A stretch of DNA of 64,000 nucleotides from an uncultured Porphyromonadaceae bacterium. Its GTDB lineage: Bacteria > Bacteroidota > Bacteroidia > Bacteroidales > Muribaculaceae. The notes below the pieces were generated by a model, which worked only from the letters and a program-made list of their open reading frames with translations, searched no databases and was not told the origin of the DNA. Numbering within the stretch: the stretch's first letter is position 1; every line of letters begins with the position of its first letter. The stretch covers positions 54,837 to 118,836 of the forward strand of contig CANSRU010000001.1 of NCBI GenBank assembly GCA_947649495.1, given 5' to 3'. Positions 30,516 through 41,394 of the stretch are shown here, piece by piece. A program made the position numbers and the translations under genes.

Positions 30516-31892
30516 ATGAACACCAACACGACGTCGTCACCAATGGAACTTGGCAACAAATCCATACCCAAGCTCCTGATGCAGTATTCCATACCCGCGA
30601 TAGTAGCGAGCGTGGCCACCTCCCTCTACAACATTATCGACAGCATGTTCATAGGCCATGGAGTGGGTCCAATGGCTATCGCCGGTCTGGCCATCACTTT
30701 TCCCCTGATGAATCTTGTGATAGCTTTCTGTACACTGATTGCTGTCGGAGGCGCCACAATATCATCCATATTTTTAGGCCAGAAAAACATAGGGCGCGCC
30801 ACCGATGTAGTCAACAACGTAATGGTGCTTTGCCTGATACACTCTATAGTGTTCGGTGGCCTGACACTGCTATTTCTTGACGAGATTCTTACCTTTTTCG
30901 GCGCGACACCCGAAACACTGCCCTACGCCCGCGAATTCATGGAAGTGATTCTCTACGGTACACCGATATCCTATCTATTTATAGGCCTGAATAATATAAT
31001 GCGAGCCACCGGCTATCCAACCCGCGCCATGGTATCGGCTCTGCTCTCGGTCGGTGTCAACCTGATTCTCGCACCGATATTTATATTCACACTCGAATGG
31101 GGCATACGCGGAGCTGCCCTCGCCACCGTTTTCGGACAGTCGGTGGCCTGTATATGGGTTATGTGGCATTTCATGTCCAAAAAAAGTTTCGTTCATTTCC
31201 AACGCAAAAACCGTTGGCTCACCCCAATAATCGTGAAACGCATCTACGCCATAGGTATGTCGCCGTTTCTTATGAACGTGTGCGCATGCATAGTGGTGGT
31301 GTTCATCAACAAAGCCCTGCTCGACTATGGTGGTTCGATAGGCAATCTTGCCGTCGGTGCTTACGGCATTCTCAACCGCACCACCATGTTCTTCGTAATG
31401 ATAGTGTTCGGTGTAACCCAAGGCATGCAACCCATACTCGGCTTCAATTATGGAGCCGGACAGTGGGATCGCGTGAAAAAGACGCTGATGATAGGTATAT
31501 GGCTCGGAGTGGCCATCACCACTGCCGGATGGCTCATCACCGAGCTTATGCCACAGAATATAAGCAGACTGTTCACCACCGACCCCACCCTTATAGACAT
31601 AGCCAACCGTGGATTCCGCATATTCTTCATATTCTTTCCGCTCGTAGGCTGCCAGATAGTGATTCAGAATTTCTTCCAATCGGTAGGCAAACCGAAACTC
31701 TCAATATTTCTCTCGCTCACGCGCCAGCTCATATTCCTTTTGCCATTCCTCCTCATTATCCCGAGATATTTCGGAATCGACGGGGTTTGGGCCAGCATGG
31801 CGGCATCAGACGGCATAGCATTTTTCTTTGCCGTGACCACACTTATAATTGTAAACCGCAAGCAGACAAAACTGCACCGGGCCCAACAATAA
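30516..31892 (+). CDS. MATE family efflux transporter
   Basis: 458 aa polytopic protein with 12 predicted TM helices. The N-terminus (IPKLLMQYSIPAIVA...LYNIIDSMFIG) is typical of MATE/NorM proteins. Confidence 0.88.
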   Translation: MNTNTTSSPMELGNKSIPKLLMQYSIPAIVASVATSLYNIIDSMFIGHGVGPMAIAGLAITFPLMNLVIAFCTLIAVGGATISSIFLGQKNIGRATDVVNNVMVLCLIHSIVFGGLTLLFLDEILTFFGATPETLPYAREFMEVILYGTPISYLFIGLNNIMRATGYPTRAMVSALLSVGVNLILAPIFIFTLEWGIRGAALATVFGQSVACIWVMWHFMSKKSFVHFQRKNRWLTPIIVKRIYAIGMSPFLMNVCACIVVVFINKALLDYGGSIGNLAVGAYGILNRTTMFFVMIVFGVTQGMQPILGFNYGAGQWDRVKKTLMIGIWLGVAITTAGWLITELMPQNISRLFTTDPTLIDIANRGFRIFFIFFPLVGCQIVIQNFFQSVGKPKLSIFLSLTRQLIFLLPFLLIIPRYFGIDGVWASMAASDGIAFFFAVTTLIIVNRKQTKLHRAQQ

Positions 31893-31929
31893 TTTCGACA
31901 CCAATCTCCAATCATAGCACATCCCCTAT

Positions 31930-33501
31930 ATGACATCCGACTTGAATCTACGGCTTGATCCGGCCACAGCATATACCCCACTGCGTCTCACAGCCCATGT
32001 GAGCACTCTGCTGAACATCGCCGCCAACCGTCTGCGCGACGTGGTGATACTGAAACGCTCCATAGATGCCCGCCAGCGCCAGGTAATGGTCAACTTATCC
32101 GTCCGGGCATATATTGACGAACCGGCGCCCGAACATCCGCTGTTCACGCCCGTCAGATATTCCTCGGTGGGTTCTGACGCGCCACAATGTATAGTAGTGG
32201 GAGCCGGACCGGCCGGACTGTTTGCGGCATTGCGTCTTATCGAGTCGGGCATACGCCCCATAGTGCTCGAGCGTGGAAAAGATGTCGACTCACGCCGAAT
32301 AGATATGGCCGCCATAGCGCGCAAGGGTGTAGTCGACCCCGATTCCAATTATTGTTTCGGCGAAGGTGGCGCCGGGGCTTATTCCGATGGCAAATTGTAC
32401 ACCCGAAGCAAAAAACGAGGTCCCGTAGATAAAATCCTCACCATCTTCCATCAACATGGCGCACAGGAGGATATCCTGATTGATGCCCACCCCCACATCG
32501 GCACAGACCGCCTTCCCGAGGTGATAAAGGCCATACGCCACACTATTGAGGAATGTGGTGGAGAAGTCCGGTTCAGCAGCAAAGTCACAGGGCTTACAAT
32601 CAACAACGGCACAGTGACCGGCGTGGAGACTGAAAACGGCGAAATATTTACCGGACCGGTAATTCTTGCCACCGGACATTCCGCGCGCGATGTGTACCGT
32701 ATGCTGCTTGACCAAGGGGTGACGCTTACGCCTAAAGGTATAGCCGTAGGCGTCAGACTTGAACACCCGCAACACACCATAGACTGTGTGCGCTACCACA
32801 ACCCCAACGGTCGCGGCAAATACCTCCCGCCGGCCGAATACACCATGCTCACACGTGTGGACGGTCGTGCCGTCTACTCCTTCTGCATGTGTCCCGGCGG
32901 TATAATAATTCCCGCGGCAAGCGCTCCGGGAGAGATGGTGGTCAATGGCATGTCGCCATCCAACCGAGGCTCCCGCTGGGCCAACTCAGGAATGGTGGTC
33001 GAAGTTCTACCTGAGGATGTGGATGGTTTCTCCGACAGCGCCGATCCTCTTAAAATGATGTCCTTCCAGCAATCCATAGAATCCCGCTTCTTTCACGATG
33101 CAAAGGAAACACAGACAGCCCCGGCTCAACGAATGGCCGATTTTGTCAATTCCCGACCGTCGCGCGACCTTCCGTCCACATCCTATGCTCCGGGCATATA
33201 TCCGGCACGCATCGATCATCTGCTGCCCGACTTCATAGTCAGCAGACTGAAGAAAGCTTTCACCGAGTTTGGTAAGAAGAATAAAGGATTCCTCACCAAC
33301 GAGGCCGTATTGATAGGCGATGAAACACGCACGTCATCACCGGTGAGGATAAACCGCGATTCCGAGACACTTCAATCCGAATCAATCCATGGGTTGTTTC
33401 CCTGCGGCGAGGGTGCAGGGTACGCCGGAGGCATTGTGTCGGCGGCCATCGATGGCGAGCGCTGTGCCGAAGCTGTCGCCACTTATCTCAAGATTTCATA
33501 A
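31930..33501 (+). CDS. FAD-dependent oxidoreductase (COG2509-type, function unknown)
   Basis: 523 aa with the dinucleotide-binding motif IVVGAGPAGLFAALRL. Confidence 0.75.
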   Translation: MTSDLNLRLDPATAYTPLRLTAHVSTLLNIAANRLRDVVILKRSIDARQRQVMVNLSVRAYIDEPAPEHPLFTPVRYSSVGSDAPQCIVVGAGPAGLFAALRLIESGIRPIVLERGKDVDSRRIDMAAIARKGVVDPDSNYCFGEGGAGAYSDGKLYTRSKKRGPVDKILTIFHQHGAQEDILIDAHPHIGTDRLPEVIKAIRHTIEECGGEVRFSSKVTGLTINNGTVTGVETENGEIFTGPVILATGHSARDVYRMLLDQGVTLTPKGIAVGVRLEHPQHTIDCVRYHNPNGRGKYLPPAEYTMLTRVDGRAVYSFCMCPGGIIIPAASAPGEMVVNGMSPSNRGSRWANSGMVVEVLPEDVDGFSDSADPLKMMSFQQSIESRFFHDAKETQTAPAQRMADFVNSRPSRDLPSTSYAPGIYPARIDHLLPDFIVSRLKKAFTEFGKKNKGFLTNEAVLIGDETRTSSPVRINRDSETLQSESIHGLFPCGEGAGYAGGIVSAAIDGERCAEAVATYLKIS

Positions 33502-33503
33502 TC

Positions 33504-33536
33504 AAAAATGGCCGTGCAAAATGCACGGCCATTTTT
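33504..33536. terminator. bidirectional intrinsic terminator between the FAD protein gene and ilvA
   Basis: AAAAATGGCCGTGCA (33504-18) pairs with TGCACGGCCATTTTT (33522-36), giving a perfect stem flanked by an A-run and a T-run. Confidence 0.85.
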
Positions 33537-33577
33537 GTAAAAACTACATGCCATAAGTATGGCGGGGGCTATAACTG

Positions 33578-34780
33578 TCACCCCTCAACCGTAAATCCGG
33601 CCTCGCGCAATCCGTTCTTTATCTTATCGATATGTTCGTGATTAAGTGTCTCCATCTCTATATGGAGCTTGCAACCGCTTATCTCAGTGTTGGATGAATT
33701 GCGCTTATGCTCCACCGAAAGGATATTTGCGCCAAGATCGCCTATCACCGAACATACCTTCGACAGCTGTCCGGGCTTGTCGGAAAGAACCACTGTCACC
33801 GTGCAGTCGCGGCCATTCTTTACCAGACCACGTGTTATGACACGGTTCAGCGATGTAACGTCGATATTGCCACCTGACACCACACACACCACCTTCTTGC
33901 CTTTTATTGGAACTTTGTTGAACATGGCGGCCGCAACCGAAACCGCACCCGCACCTTCGGCCACAAGTTTCTGCTGTTCGATAAGCGTCAGGATAGCCGC
34001 TGCAACCTCATCGTCGCTCACGGTAACAATCTCGTCAACATATTTCGAACATAAATCGTAAGTGTTCACACCCGGCTCTTTCACGGCAATGCCATCGGCG
34101 ATGGTCGACACCGAATCAAGCCTTACACGGCGCCCTTCACCGAGCGAACGTGTCATTGACGGAGCTCCTTCAGCCTGCACGCCATAAACCTTGACATTGG
34201 GCTTGATTGTCTTTATGGTAAAGGCCACGCCTGAAATCAGGCCTCCGCCACCCACAGGCACTATCACCGCATCGACATCGGGCATCTCCTCAATTATCTC
34301 AAGACCTATTGTACCCTGTCCGGCTATAACGAGCGGATCGTCGAAGGGATGCACCAATGTATATCCATGTTCTTTCTGCAACTCAAGGGCACGGTTGTAG
34401 GCATCATCGTACACCCCGGGAACCAGACATACCTCAGCCCCGAGTGCCTTTGTAGCCTCCACTTTCGATATCGGCGCACCTGCCGGCAGACATATTATGG
34501 ACTTTATGCCATTGTGGGCAGCACCGAGTGCCACACCCTGGGCATGATTACCCGCCGAACATGCTATAACGCCACGCTTCTTCTCCTCGGGCGACAGTTG
34601 TGATATTTTATAATAAGCACCTCGCAACTTAAATGAACCGGTATATTGAAGGTTCTCAGGCTTGAGATATACCTGAGCATCCGGATTCAGTTTTGTAACA
34701 CCTATCAGTTTGGGATGACGCGCTACATTCTGCAGCACCTCGGCGGCTTTGTACACCTCCGATATTGTTAAATCGGCCAT
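33578..34780 (-). CDS. ilvA: threonine ammonia-lyase (threonine dehydratase) with C-terminal ACT-like domain
   Basis: PLP motif (YTGSFKLRGA) and GGGGLISG are present. I prefer the start MADLTISEV at 34780, because a TATATTTG box on the minus strand (34806-34813) lies inside the longer ORF given by the track. Confidence 0.88.
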   Translation of the reverse strand: MADLTISEVYKAAEVLQNVARHPKLIGVTKLNPDAQVYLKPENLQYTGSFKLRGAYYKISQLSPEEKKRGVIACSAGNHAQGVALGAAHNGIKSIICLPAGAPISKVEATKALGAEVCLVPGVYDDAYNRALELQKEHGYTLVHPFDDPLVIAGQGTIGLEIIEEMPDVDAVIVPVGGGGLISGVAFTIKTIKPNVKVYGVQAEGAPSMTRSLGEGRRVRLDSVSTIADGIAVKEPGVNTYDLCSKYVDEIVTVSDDEVAAAILTLIEQQKLVAEGAGAVSVAAAMFNKVPIKGKKVVCVVSGGNIDVTSLNRVITRGLVKNGRDCTVTVVLSDKPGQLSKVCSVIGDLGANILSVEHKRNSSNTEISGCKLHIEMETLNHEHIDKIKNGLREAGFTVEG

Positions 34781-34805
34781 GGCTTTTATATTTTTATTTG
34801 ATGCG

Positions 34806-34813
34806 CAAATATA
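34806..34813 (-). promoter_or_regulatory. -7 promoter box (TATATTTG on the minus strand) upstream of ilvA
   Basis: Plus-strand CAAATATA, 25 nt upstream of the ATG at 34780. Confidence 0.45.
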
Positions 34814-34922
34814 CTTATAAGCGGGAGCAATGCCAAATTTATTTATGCGTTGCCCGAAAAGAATGTACCGATGAACAAAAGCCAACGGCTATAGCGTTAT
34901 ATATTGTGGAAAAACGCAATCT

Positions 34923-35390
34923 ATGGAAAATATACGTCTGACACAGATACGCAATGCCGAACGCCTTATTCCATGGCGCATGGAAGTGATGGCAGAAATG
35001 TTTGGCAAAACATCGGGAGAATTGACCGGCAAACTGCACGAGGCCACCACCCGCTATTATGCCCGGCATCTCGCCGACGGCTCTCATGTGGCATGCACCT
35101 CATCTGTCAATGGAACTGAAGCCGGATGCGCCGCAATGTATTTCTCTGAGGAACTTCCCTCTCCCGACAATCCGTCAGGACGATGTGCATATCTTACTAA
35201 TGTCTATGTGCGCCCGGCTTTCCGGCATCGCGGCGTGGCCACTATAATGGTACGATGGCTAATTGAGATGGCACGCAGCCGTGGCATTGAAAGGGTGTTT
35301 CTCGAGACACCCGACAGTGCACACCGGATTTATTCCCCATCGGGATTCCACCGCATGCCCGATATGATGATTTATAAAAATCCGGCATGA
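34923..35390 (+). CDS. GNAT family N-acetyltransferase
   Basis: 155 aa with VYVRPAFRHRGVATIMV (acetyl-CoA binding motif A). Confidence 0.8.
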   Translation: MENIRLTQIRNAERLIPWRMEVMAEMFGKTSGELTGKLHEATTRYYARHLADGSHVACTSSVNGTEAGCAAMYFSEELPSPDNPSGRCAYLTNVYVRPAFRHRGVATIMVRWLIEMARSRGIERVFLETPDSAHRIYSPSGFHRMPDMMIYKNPA

Positions 35391-35495
35391 TGAAGTTTTT
35401 TCAGGCAATCACCTTCCCATGAACACACGCCCTGAACATAGTCAAATTTAACTCCGCCGAAGGAAAACAATTTTGACTAATTCCGCAAAATTGAA

Positions 35496-35503
35496 TAAAT
35501 TTG
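35496..35503 (+). promoter_or_regulatory. -7 promoter box TAAATTTG upstream of maeB
   Basis: Matches TAnnTTTG, 46 nt before the ATG at 35549. Confidence 0.45.
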
Positions 35504-35548
35504 CATTGTATTTACACATAGAACACCATAATATATAATAATCAAAAA

Positions 35549-37837
35549 ATGTCTACCATAACCAAAGAAGCCGCCCTCGAATATCACCGCGAGGGGAAAC
35601 CCGGGAAAATAGAGGTGATTCCCACAAAGCCCTACTCCACCCAGCACGATCTTGCATTGGCCTACTCCCCCGGAGTGGCCTATCCATGCCAGGAGATTGA
35701 AAAGTATCCCGAGGATGTCTACGAATACACCAACAAAGGCAATCTCGTGGCAGTTATATCCAACGGCACCGCAGTGCTCGGTCTTGGCAACATAGGCGCA
35801 CTGGCAGGCAAACCTGTGATGGAGGGAAAGGCTCTGCTCTTCAAGATTTTTGCCGGTCTTGACTGTTTTGATCTTGAAATAAACGAAACTGACCCTGACA
35901 AATTCATAGAAATAATAAAATCCCTGACACCCACATTCGGTGGAATCAACCTTGAGGATATAAAAGCCCCTGAATGCTTCGAGATTGAACGCAGGCTAAA
36001 GGAGGAATGCGATATTCCGGTGATGCACGATGACCAGCACGGCACAGCCATAATCTCGGCTGCCGGACTGCTCAACGCCCTCGAAATCCAAGGCAAGGAC
36101 ATAAGCAAGATTCGCCTGGTGGTGAACGGAGCCGGAGCTGCAGCCGTGTCCTGTACAAAACTCTATGTGGCTCTCGGTGTGAAGAAAGAGAATATCGTGA
36201 TGTGCGACAGCCGTGGAGTAATAAACTCATCGCGCACTGACCTCAACGCACAGAAACGCGAGTTTATCACCACCCGCAACATTGACACTCTTGCCGATGC
36301 GATGGTGGATGCCGATGTTTTCCTTGGGCTGTCGGTAAAGGACGTGGTGACTCCGGAAATGCTCAAGTCCATGGCACCGAAGCCTATAGTGTTCGCCCTT
36401 GCCAATCCCGATCCGGAAATTGACTACGACACCGCCATAGCATCCCGCCCCGACCTGATATTCGCTACCGGACGAAGCGACTACCCCAACCAGATAAACA
36501 ATGTGTTGGGATTCCCCTATATATTCAGAGGCGCACTCGACTGCGGTGCGACAGCTATCAACGAGGAGATGAAGCTGGCTGCTGTCCACGCCATAGCCGA
36601 ACTCGCAAAACTGCCTGTTCCGCCGGTGGTCAACACTGCCTACGACATGTCAGACCTCCATTTCGGGCCTAACTACATACTTCCCAAACCGCTCGACCCG
36701 CGACTTCTAACCACAGTGGCACCCGCCGTGGCAAAAGGAGCCATGGAAAGCGGTGTGGCACGACGTCCCATATCCGACTGGGCAGCCTACGATGAGAAAT
36801 TGCGCAAGCTGATGGGATACGACAACAAACTCATGCGCCGCATATTCGAGCAGGCGAAATCCAATCCAAAGCGTGTGGTTTTCGGCGAGGCAAACACCGA
36901 CAATATGCTCAAAGCTGCCGTAATAGCCTATAAGGAAGGTTTGTTGATTCCTATTCTTCTGGGCAACGAGGAGATGATAGAGAAACGCGCCAACCGGCTC
37001 GGAATAGATATCTCCGGCATAGAGATAGTCAATCTGCGCCACGACCGTGAGGCTGAGCGCCGTAAACGCTTTGCCGCGAAACTCGCCGAAAAGCGTCAGC
37101 GCGACGGTCTGACATATCCCGAGGCACGCGAAAAGATGTTTGACCGCAACTATTTCGGCATGATGATGGTGGAGGAAGGCGATGCCGATGCATTCCTCGG
37201 AGGCACCTACTCTGCATCTCACGCCATTGGTCAGATAGCCCGCGAGGTTGTAGGCATACGCGATTCGTTCAACCACTTCGCAGCAATGCACATGATTACA
37301 ACCAAGCGAGGCACATTCTTCCTTGCCGACACACAGGTTAACAAGACCATGGATGCCGATACACTGTTCGACATAGCCCGCCTGACACGCAATTCGGTGG
37401 AATATTTCACCCACAAGCCTGTAATGGCCATGGTGTCGTACAGCAACTTCGGCTCAAGCCATGAACCCGACTGCAAGAATGTGGCCGAAGCCGTGGAGCG
37501 CATGCATCAGGCTTATCCGGAACTACTGATTGATGGTGAAATGTCGATAAACTACGCCCTCAACACACGGTTGCGCGACAAGGCCTTCCCATTCAACAGG
37601 CTCAAAGGCGAAGAAGTCAACACTCTTATCTTCCCCAACCTAAGCTCAGCAGGCACAGCCTACCGTATAATGCTCGAGATGGGTCTCGGCGATGCTGTAG
37701 GACCTATACAGATGGGATTGAACAAACCTATCCACTATCTGAGTGTACACTCTCCGGTGCGCAATATACTCAATCTTGCCGTGATTGCCGGTCTTGATGC
37801 CCAGACGCCCGGAGCCAATGGCGAATCTGAGAAATAA
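35549..37837 (+). CDS. maeB: NADP-dependent malic enzyme (malic enzyme fused to a phosphotransacetylase-like domain)
   Basis: 762 aa. The N-terminal malic enzyme domain has LAYSPGVA and VNGAGAAA, followed by a C-terminal PTA-like domain of about 330 aa. Confidence 0.93.
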   Translation: MSTITKEAALEYHREGKPGKIEVIPTKPYSTQHDLALAYSPGVAYPCQEIEKYPEDVYEYTNKGNLVAVISNGTAVLGLGNIGALAGKPVMEGKALLFKIFAGLDCFDLEINETDPDKFIEIIKSLTPTFGGINLEDIKAPECFEIERRLKEECDIPVMHDDQHGTAIISAAGLLNALEIQGKDISKIRLVVNGAGAAAVSCTKLYVALGVKKENIVMCDSRGVINSSRTDLNAQKREFITTRNIDTLADAMVDADVFLGLSVKDVVTPEMLKSMAPKPIVFALANPDPEIDYDTAIASRPDLIFATGRSDYPNQINNVLGFPYIFRGALDCGATAINEEMKLAAVHAIAELAKLPVPPVVNTAYDMSDLHFGPNYILPKPLDPRLLTTVAPAVAKGAMESGVARRPISDWAAYDEKLRKLMGYDNKLMRRIFEQAKSNPKRVVFGEANTDNMLKAAVIAYKEGLLIPILLGNEEMIEKRANRLGIDISGIEIVNLRHDREAERRKRFAAKLAEKRQRDGLTYPEAREKMFDRNYFGMMMVEEGDADAFLGGTYSASHAIGQIAREVVGIRDSFNHFAAMHMITTKRGTFFLADTQVNKTMDADTLFDIARLTRNSVEYFTHKPVMAMVSYSNFGSSHEPDCKNVAEAVERMHQAYPELLIDGEMSINYALNTRLRDKAFPFNRLKGEEVNTLIFPNLSSAGTAYRIMLEMGLGDAVGPIQMGLNKPIHYLSVHSPVRNILNLAVIAGLDAQTPGANGESEK

Positions 37838-37922
37838 AAATACACATCCTTGATAAATTCCCATTTGCGGGAAACGAAATTTTTCATTTTCTTTGTATTG
37901 TAATCATCCACATACAAAGAAA

Positions 37923-39305
37923 ATGAAATTTCGTTTTTTAACATCATTGATCATTGTCTGCGCGGCAATCATAGCGCAGGCCACCACTCCTAAATATATT
38001 TTCTACTTCATAGGCGACGGCATGGGTCCCGGCGCAGTATCGGTAACCGAAGCCTACCGCCGTATGGTGCTCGGGCTGCCGGGACATCTCAACATGCTGA
38101 GCCTCCCTGTGGCATCCACAGCCACCACCTACTCGGCATCGTCGCCGGTAACCGACTCTGCAGCTGCCGGAACCGCACTCTCCTCCGGACATAAGACAAC
38201 CAACGGAATGCTCGGAATGACCCCCGATTCCACATCTGTCGTATCAATGGCCGAGACACTACACAACAATGGGTTCGGAATCGGTCTGGTGACATCTGTG
38301 GCTCCCGACGATGCCACTCCTGCAGCATTTTACGCACACCGGCCCCACCGCTCAATGTACTATGAGATAGGTCTCGATGCCGCCGCTTCAGGCTATGAAT
38401 TCATTGCCGGAGGAAATCTTCGCGGACTGAAAGATAAGAATGGAACCCCTACCGACCTGATGGCCACGTTGCGCACCAACGAGGTAGCCGTGGTTAGAGG
38501 CCTTGAAGAACTCAAAGAGACAACATCGCGAAAGGTGCTCCTGCTCAACACCGACACCACAGATGTAAAGATAGCCCACGCCATAGACTCTATAGAATCG
38601 CAGCTCACGTTATCGCAAATGACACAGGCATGTCTTGACCATCTGCTTACCAACAGCCCCGACCGGTTCTTTATGATGGTGGAAGGCGGAAGCATAGACC
38701 ACGCCGCTCATGCCAACGATGCCGCAACCGTAGTAATCGAGACTCTTGCATTTGACAAAGCTCTCGGCATAGCCATAGATTTCTACCGTGCCCATCCCGA
38801 CGAGACACTCATAGTGGTAACTGCCGACCACGAGACAGGCGGCATGATTTTTGCCAACCAATCAATGCACTATTTCGCTCGCCCCGACTATCTGAAATTT
38901 GTGCGCCAGTCAAAGGACCGCTTTACCAACGAGTGCAAAGCCATACTCCATTCCCGCCGCGTGTGGACATGGGATGACATGAAGCAATATCTATCCGACA
39001 ACATGGGGCTGTACACCCACATTCCGGTAAGTGAAGCCGACGATGCAACCCTTCAGGAAAAATTCCAACGCACTTTCGAACTTCGCAACAGTGCTGACAA
39101 AGAGGGATTGTACAACAGCTTCAATGAATTCTCCGTAGGCGTATTCGACCTCATAAACCGTGCAGCAGGCATAGGATGGGTAACCGGCGACCACTCGGGA
39201 ACAATGGTTCCGGTATATGCAGCAGGTGTGGGCGCCTACCGCTTTGCCCCCATGCAGGACAACACCGAAATTCCGCAGAAAATACTCCGCATTGCCGGTT
39301 TCTGA
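37923..39305 (+). CDS. phoA: alkaline phosphatase (secreted)
   Basis: The signal peptide is MKFRFLTSLIIVCAAIIAQA. The active-site region VTDSAAAGTAL contains the nucleophile Ser, and DHAAH and ADHETGG metal ligands are present. I prefer the start at 37923 over 37893. Confidence 0.88.
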   Translation: MKFRFLTSLIIVCAAIIAQATTPKYIFYFIGDGMGPGAVSVTEAYRRMVLGLPGHLNMLSLPVASTATTYSASSPVTDSAAAGTALSSGHKTTNGMLGMTPDSTSVVSMAETLHNNGFGIGLVTSVAPDDATPAAFYAHRPHRSMYYEIGLDAAASGYEFIAGGNLRGLKDKNGTPTDLMATLRTNEVAVVRGLEELKETTSRKVLLLNTDTTDVKIAHAIDSIESQLTLSQMTQACLDHLLTNSPDRFFMMVEGGSIDHAAHANDAATVVIETLAFDKALGIAIDFYRAHPDETLIVVTADHETGGMIFANQSMHYFARPDYLKFVRQSKDRFTNECKAILHSRRVWTWDDMKQYLSDNMGLYTHIPVSEADDATLQEKFQRTFELRNSADKEGLYNSFNEFSVGVFDLINRAAGIGWVTGDHSGTMVPVYAAGVGAYRFAPMQDNTEIPQKILRIAGF

Positions 39306-39333
39306 CCATCGCATACTGTACTTGTGTGCCATT

Positions 39334-41394
39334 ATGGTGCACATACTCTCCGCCTGTTCCCAAAAACAGGCGGATGACACCTTAATATATATAGGCGACA
39401 CATATAGGCTGTATGCCGACAGTATAACCGGCAATAACGGTCGTAAGGCTCATGCTCCGTCTGCGCTATCGATTGTAGTGGATGCCGACACCGTGTGGCA
39501 TGCCGATTCAATTGCCCGGAATTGCCCGGAATTCAGGTCAGGACAGACCATTGTCGATGCCTTATTCAATAGAGCATCGGTAGCACACGGTGAAGACACA
39601 CCACCCACCCCCTACTCAATCCTACTCGCCGGAGGAGCAATGAATTCCCAGGCATCAATGGACGCACTGAAAGGGATGGTAAGCAACGGTGTTGTGACGC
39701 CCATGGTACCGACATCACTCCTCGGCCTCCTTGATGAAACCGGAGCTGTATGGACATCGGCAGCATGGGAGATATATGCTGTGACCGGCGACGACGACTG
39801 GCTGCGTTATGCCTACAGCATAGCCGAACGCACACTCCACGAACGCTCGCTGCTGCTCGCCGACCTGCACACAGGTCTGCACCGCGGCATCCCCTCGTAT
39901 ATGTATAGCCGGGCCTATTTCCCGGCATGGAGTTCGCCCGATGCGCTGTGCGGCATATATAGCATGGGGGTCAATACAGCAATCTACCAAGCCTACATAT
40001 CCCTCAGCCGCATGGCTTCGGCTCTTGGCGAAGACAAATCCACCATCGAGGAGTACATATCCAAAGCAAAAAGGCTGCGACACAACATCAACGACCGGAT
40101 GTGGATTCCCAACCTGCACCGCTATAGTCAATATCTCTATGGAGGAGCCTATCCGTTAATGTCGGCTTCGTCCGACAACCGCGCGCAGGCCATAGCCATA
40201 CTTACAGGCATAACACTCCCCGGCATGGGACAACCGATGATAAACGACACCCCTGTAAGCGGCCGTGGCATTATGCCTGTCACACCATCGCCTCCCGACA
40301 GCCCCGATGGAAACGACGCCTTGACTCAGGCATTCTGGCTCTGGGCATCGGCCAAGGAGGGCAACACAGCTTCGATAACCGCCGGCCTCGGCTCACTTAT
40401 CAACAATTCCCTACTCTCCGTAACCTCCGGGAACTGGGACTACACGCCATTCTCCTCGTTTGTGCTCCGCGTGCTTGCCGGCATGACATTCACCCCACAG
40501 GGCATAGTATTCTCACCCACAGTCCCGATGCAACTCGATGGAAAGAAATATCTGCACCACTTCCGTTACCGCAATGCCATACTTGACATCACTATTTCCG
40601 GTACAGGCAACCATATCGCATCGTTTGCCATTGACGGCGTGCCCGAATGGAATGCAACCTTTCCGTCGAATCTCAACGGGTTGCACGAGATTGAAATCAC
40701 TCTTTCCGACAACATCACCGATTCCGGACACATAAACATGACATCCGACGCATTTATGCCACCAACCCCCACAGCTGTATGGAATGGGCTTCAGGCCACC
40801 ATATCGGGATGCGCCGCCGATACTGATTTTGAAGTGTGGGTCAACGGTGCCCTATACGAAGAGATTACACAGAACCATTACACTCTTGTCACACCGCAAT
40901 GCTACACTGTGACACAGATGGTACCGGTCACTGACCAACGATGGTGTGGATTCGCAACCGAACCGATGGAATACATTCCGGCCGGAAGTCTCACACACTT
41001 CCCCGCAGGCTCACTACTGAAAAACGCACCCGACACCGTCAGCGCCATTGAACTCTCAGACCGGCTCAACCCTAAGCTGGAATTTGAGATTGACATATCA
41101 CGCAAAGGGTCGTACATTATAGATCTCGAACACGTATCGCGACATAGCGGAGCCAATCTGATGGCTGCCCGACAGCTCGAAGTCAACGGACACCGGGCAG
41201 GCACATTCCTGCTTCCATGCCGGCACTCAGACGATGGCACAACCGCCTACGGCACCTCGGCTCCAATTATTGTAACCCTCGACAAGGGAACCAATCACCT
41301 ATCGCTCACATACCACAGGCTGCGTGGCTCCGATGGAATCAATGCCACAAACCGCGCTATACTACGGGCCATACGAATAATACGACTACAATGA
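39334..41394 (+). CDS. hypothetical lipoprotein, glycoside-hydrolase-like (alpha/alpha)6 region plus C-terminal carbohydrate-binding-like domain
   Basis: A short lipobox-like N-terminus (MVHILSACSQ) is present. Internal segments (WTSAAWEIYAVTGDDDWLRYAYSIAERTL, SDNRAQAIAILTGI) resemble six-hairpin glycosidases. The C-terminal beta-rich region (GSYIIDLEHVS...LEVNGH...GTNHLSLTY) resembles CBM6/35-type modules. The start is uncertain. Confidence 0.6.
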   Translation: MVHILSACSQKQADDTLIYIGDTYRLYADSITGNNGRKAHAPSALSIVVDADTVWHADSIARNCPEFRSGQTIVDALFNRASVAHGEDTPPTPYSILLAGGAMNSQASMDALKGMVSNGVVTPMVPTSLLGLLDETGAVWTSAAWEIYAVTGDDDWLRYAYSIAERTLHERSLLLADLHTGLHRGIPSYMYSRAYFPAWSSPDALCGIYSMGVNTAIYQAYISLSRMASALGEDKSTIEEYISKAKRLRHNINDRMWIPNLHRYSQYLYGGAYPLMSASSDNRAQAIAILTGITLPGMGQPMINDTPVSGRGIMPVTPSPPDSPDGNDALTQAFWLWASAKEGNTASITAGLGSLINNSLLSVTSGNWDYTPFSSFVLRVLAGMTFTPQGIVFSPTVPMQLDGKKYLHHFRYRNAILDITISGTGNHIASFAIDGVPEWNATFPSNLNGLHEIEITLSDNITDSGHINMTSDAFMPPTPTAVWNGLQATISGCAADTDFEVWVNGALYEEITQNHYTLVTPQCYTVTQMVPVTDQRWCGFATEPMEYIPAGSLTHFPAGSLLKNAPDTVSAIELSDRLNPKLEFEIDISRKGSYIIDLEHVSRHSGANLMAARQLEVNGHRAGTFLLPCRHSDDGTTAYGTSAPIIVTLDKGTNHLSLTYHRLRGSDGINATNRAILRAIRIIRLQ
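39511..39533 (+). repeat. tandem 10-nt direct repeat ATTGCCCGGA x2.3 inside the glycosidase-like gene
   Basis: Two perfect copies at 39511-39520 and 39521-39530, plus ATT. The unit length is not a multiple of three. Confidence 0.9.

Noticed and set aside
30494-31933. Alternative-frame ORFs of 128 aa and 278 aa overlapping the MATE transporter gene on the same strand.
   Set aside because: Their translations are Arg/His/Pro-rich nonsense typical of off-frame reads, whereas the MATE frame gives a coherent 12-TM protein.
34781-34885. A 35-codon N-terminal extension of the threonine dehydratase ORF. Similar upstream extensions appear in the ORF track at 39217-39333, 41217-41390, 41627-41914, 37893-37922, 57205-57243 and 2044-2082.
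   Set aside because: The extensions overlap upstream genes, or contain the promoter box itself, or precede a much better signal-peptide or lipobox start. I chose the internal start codons instead.
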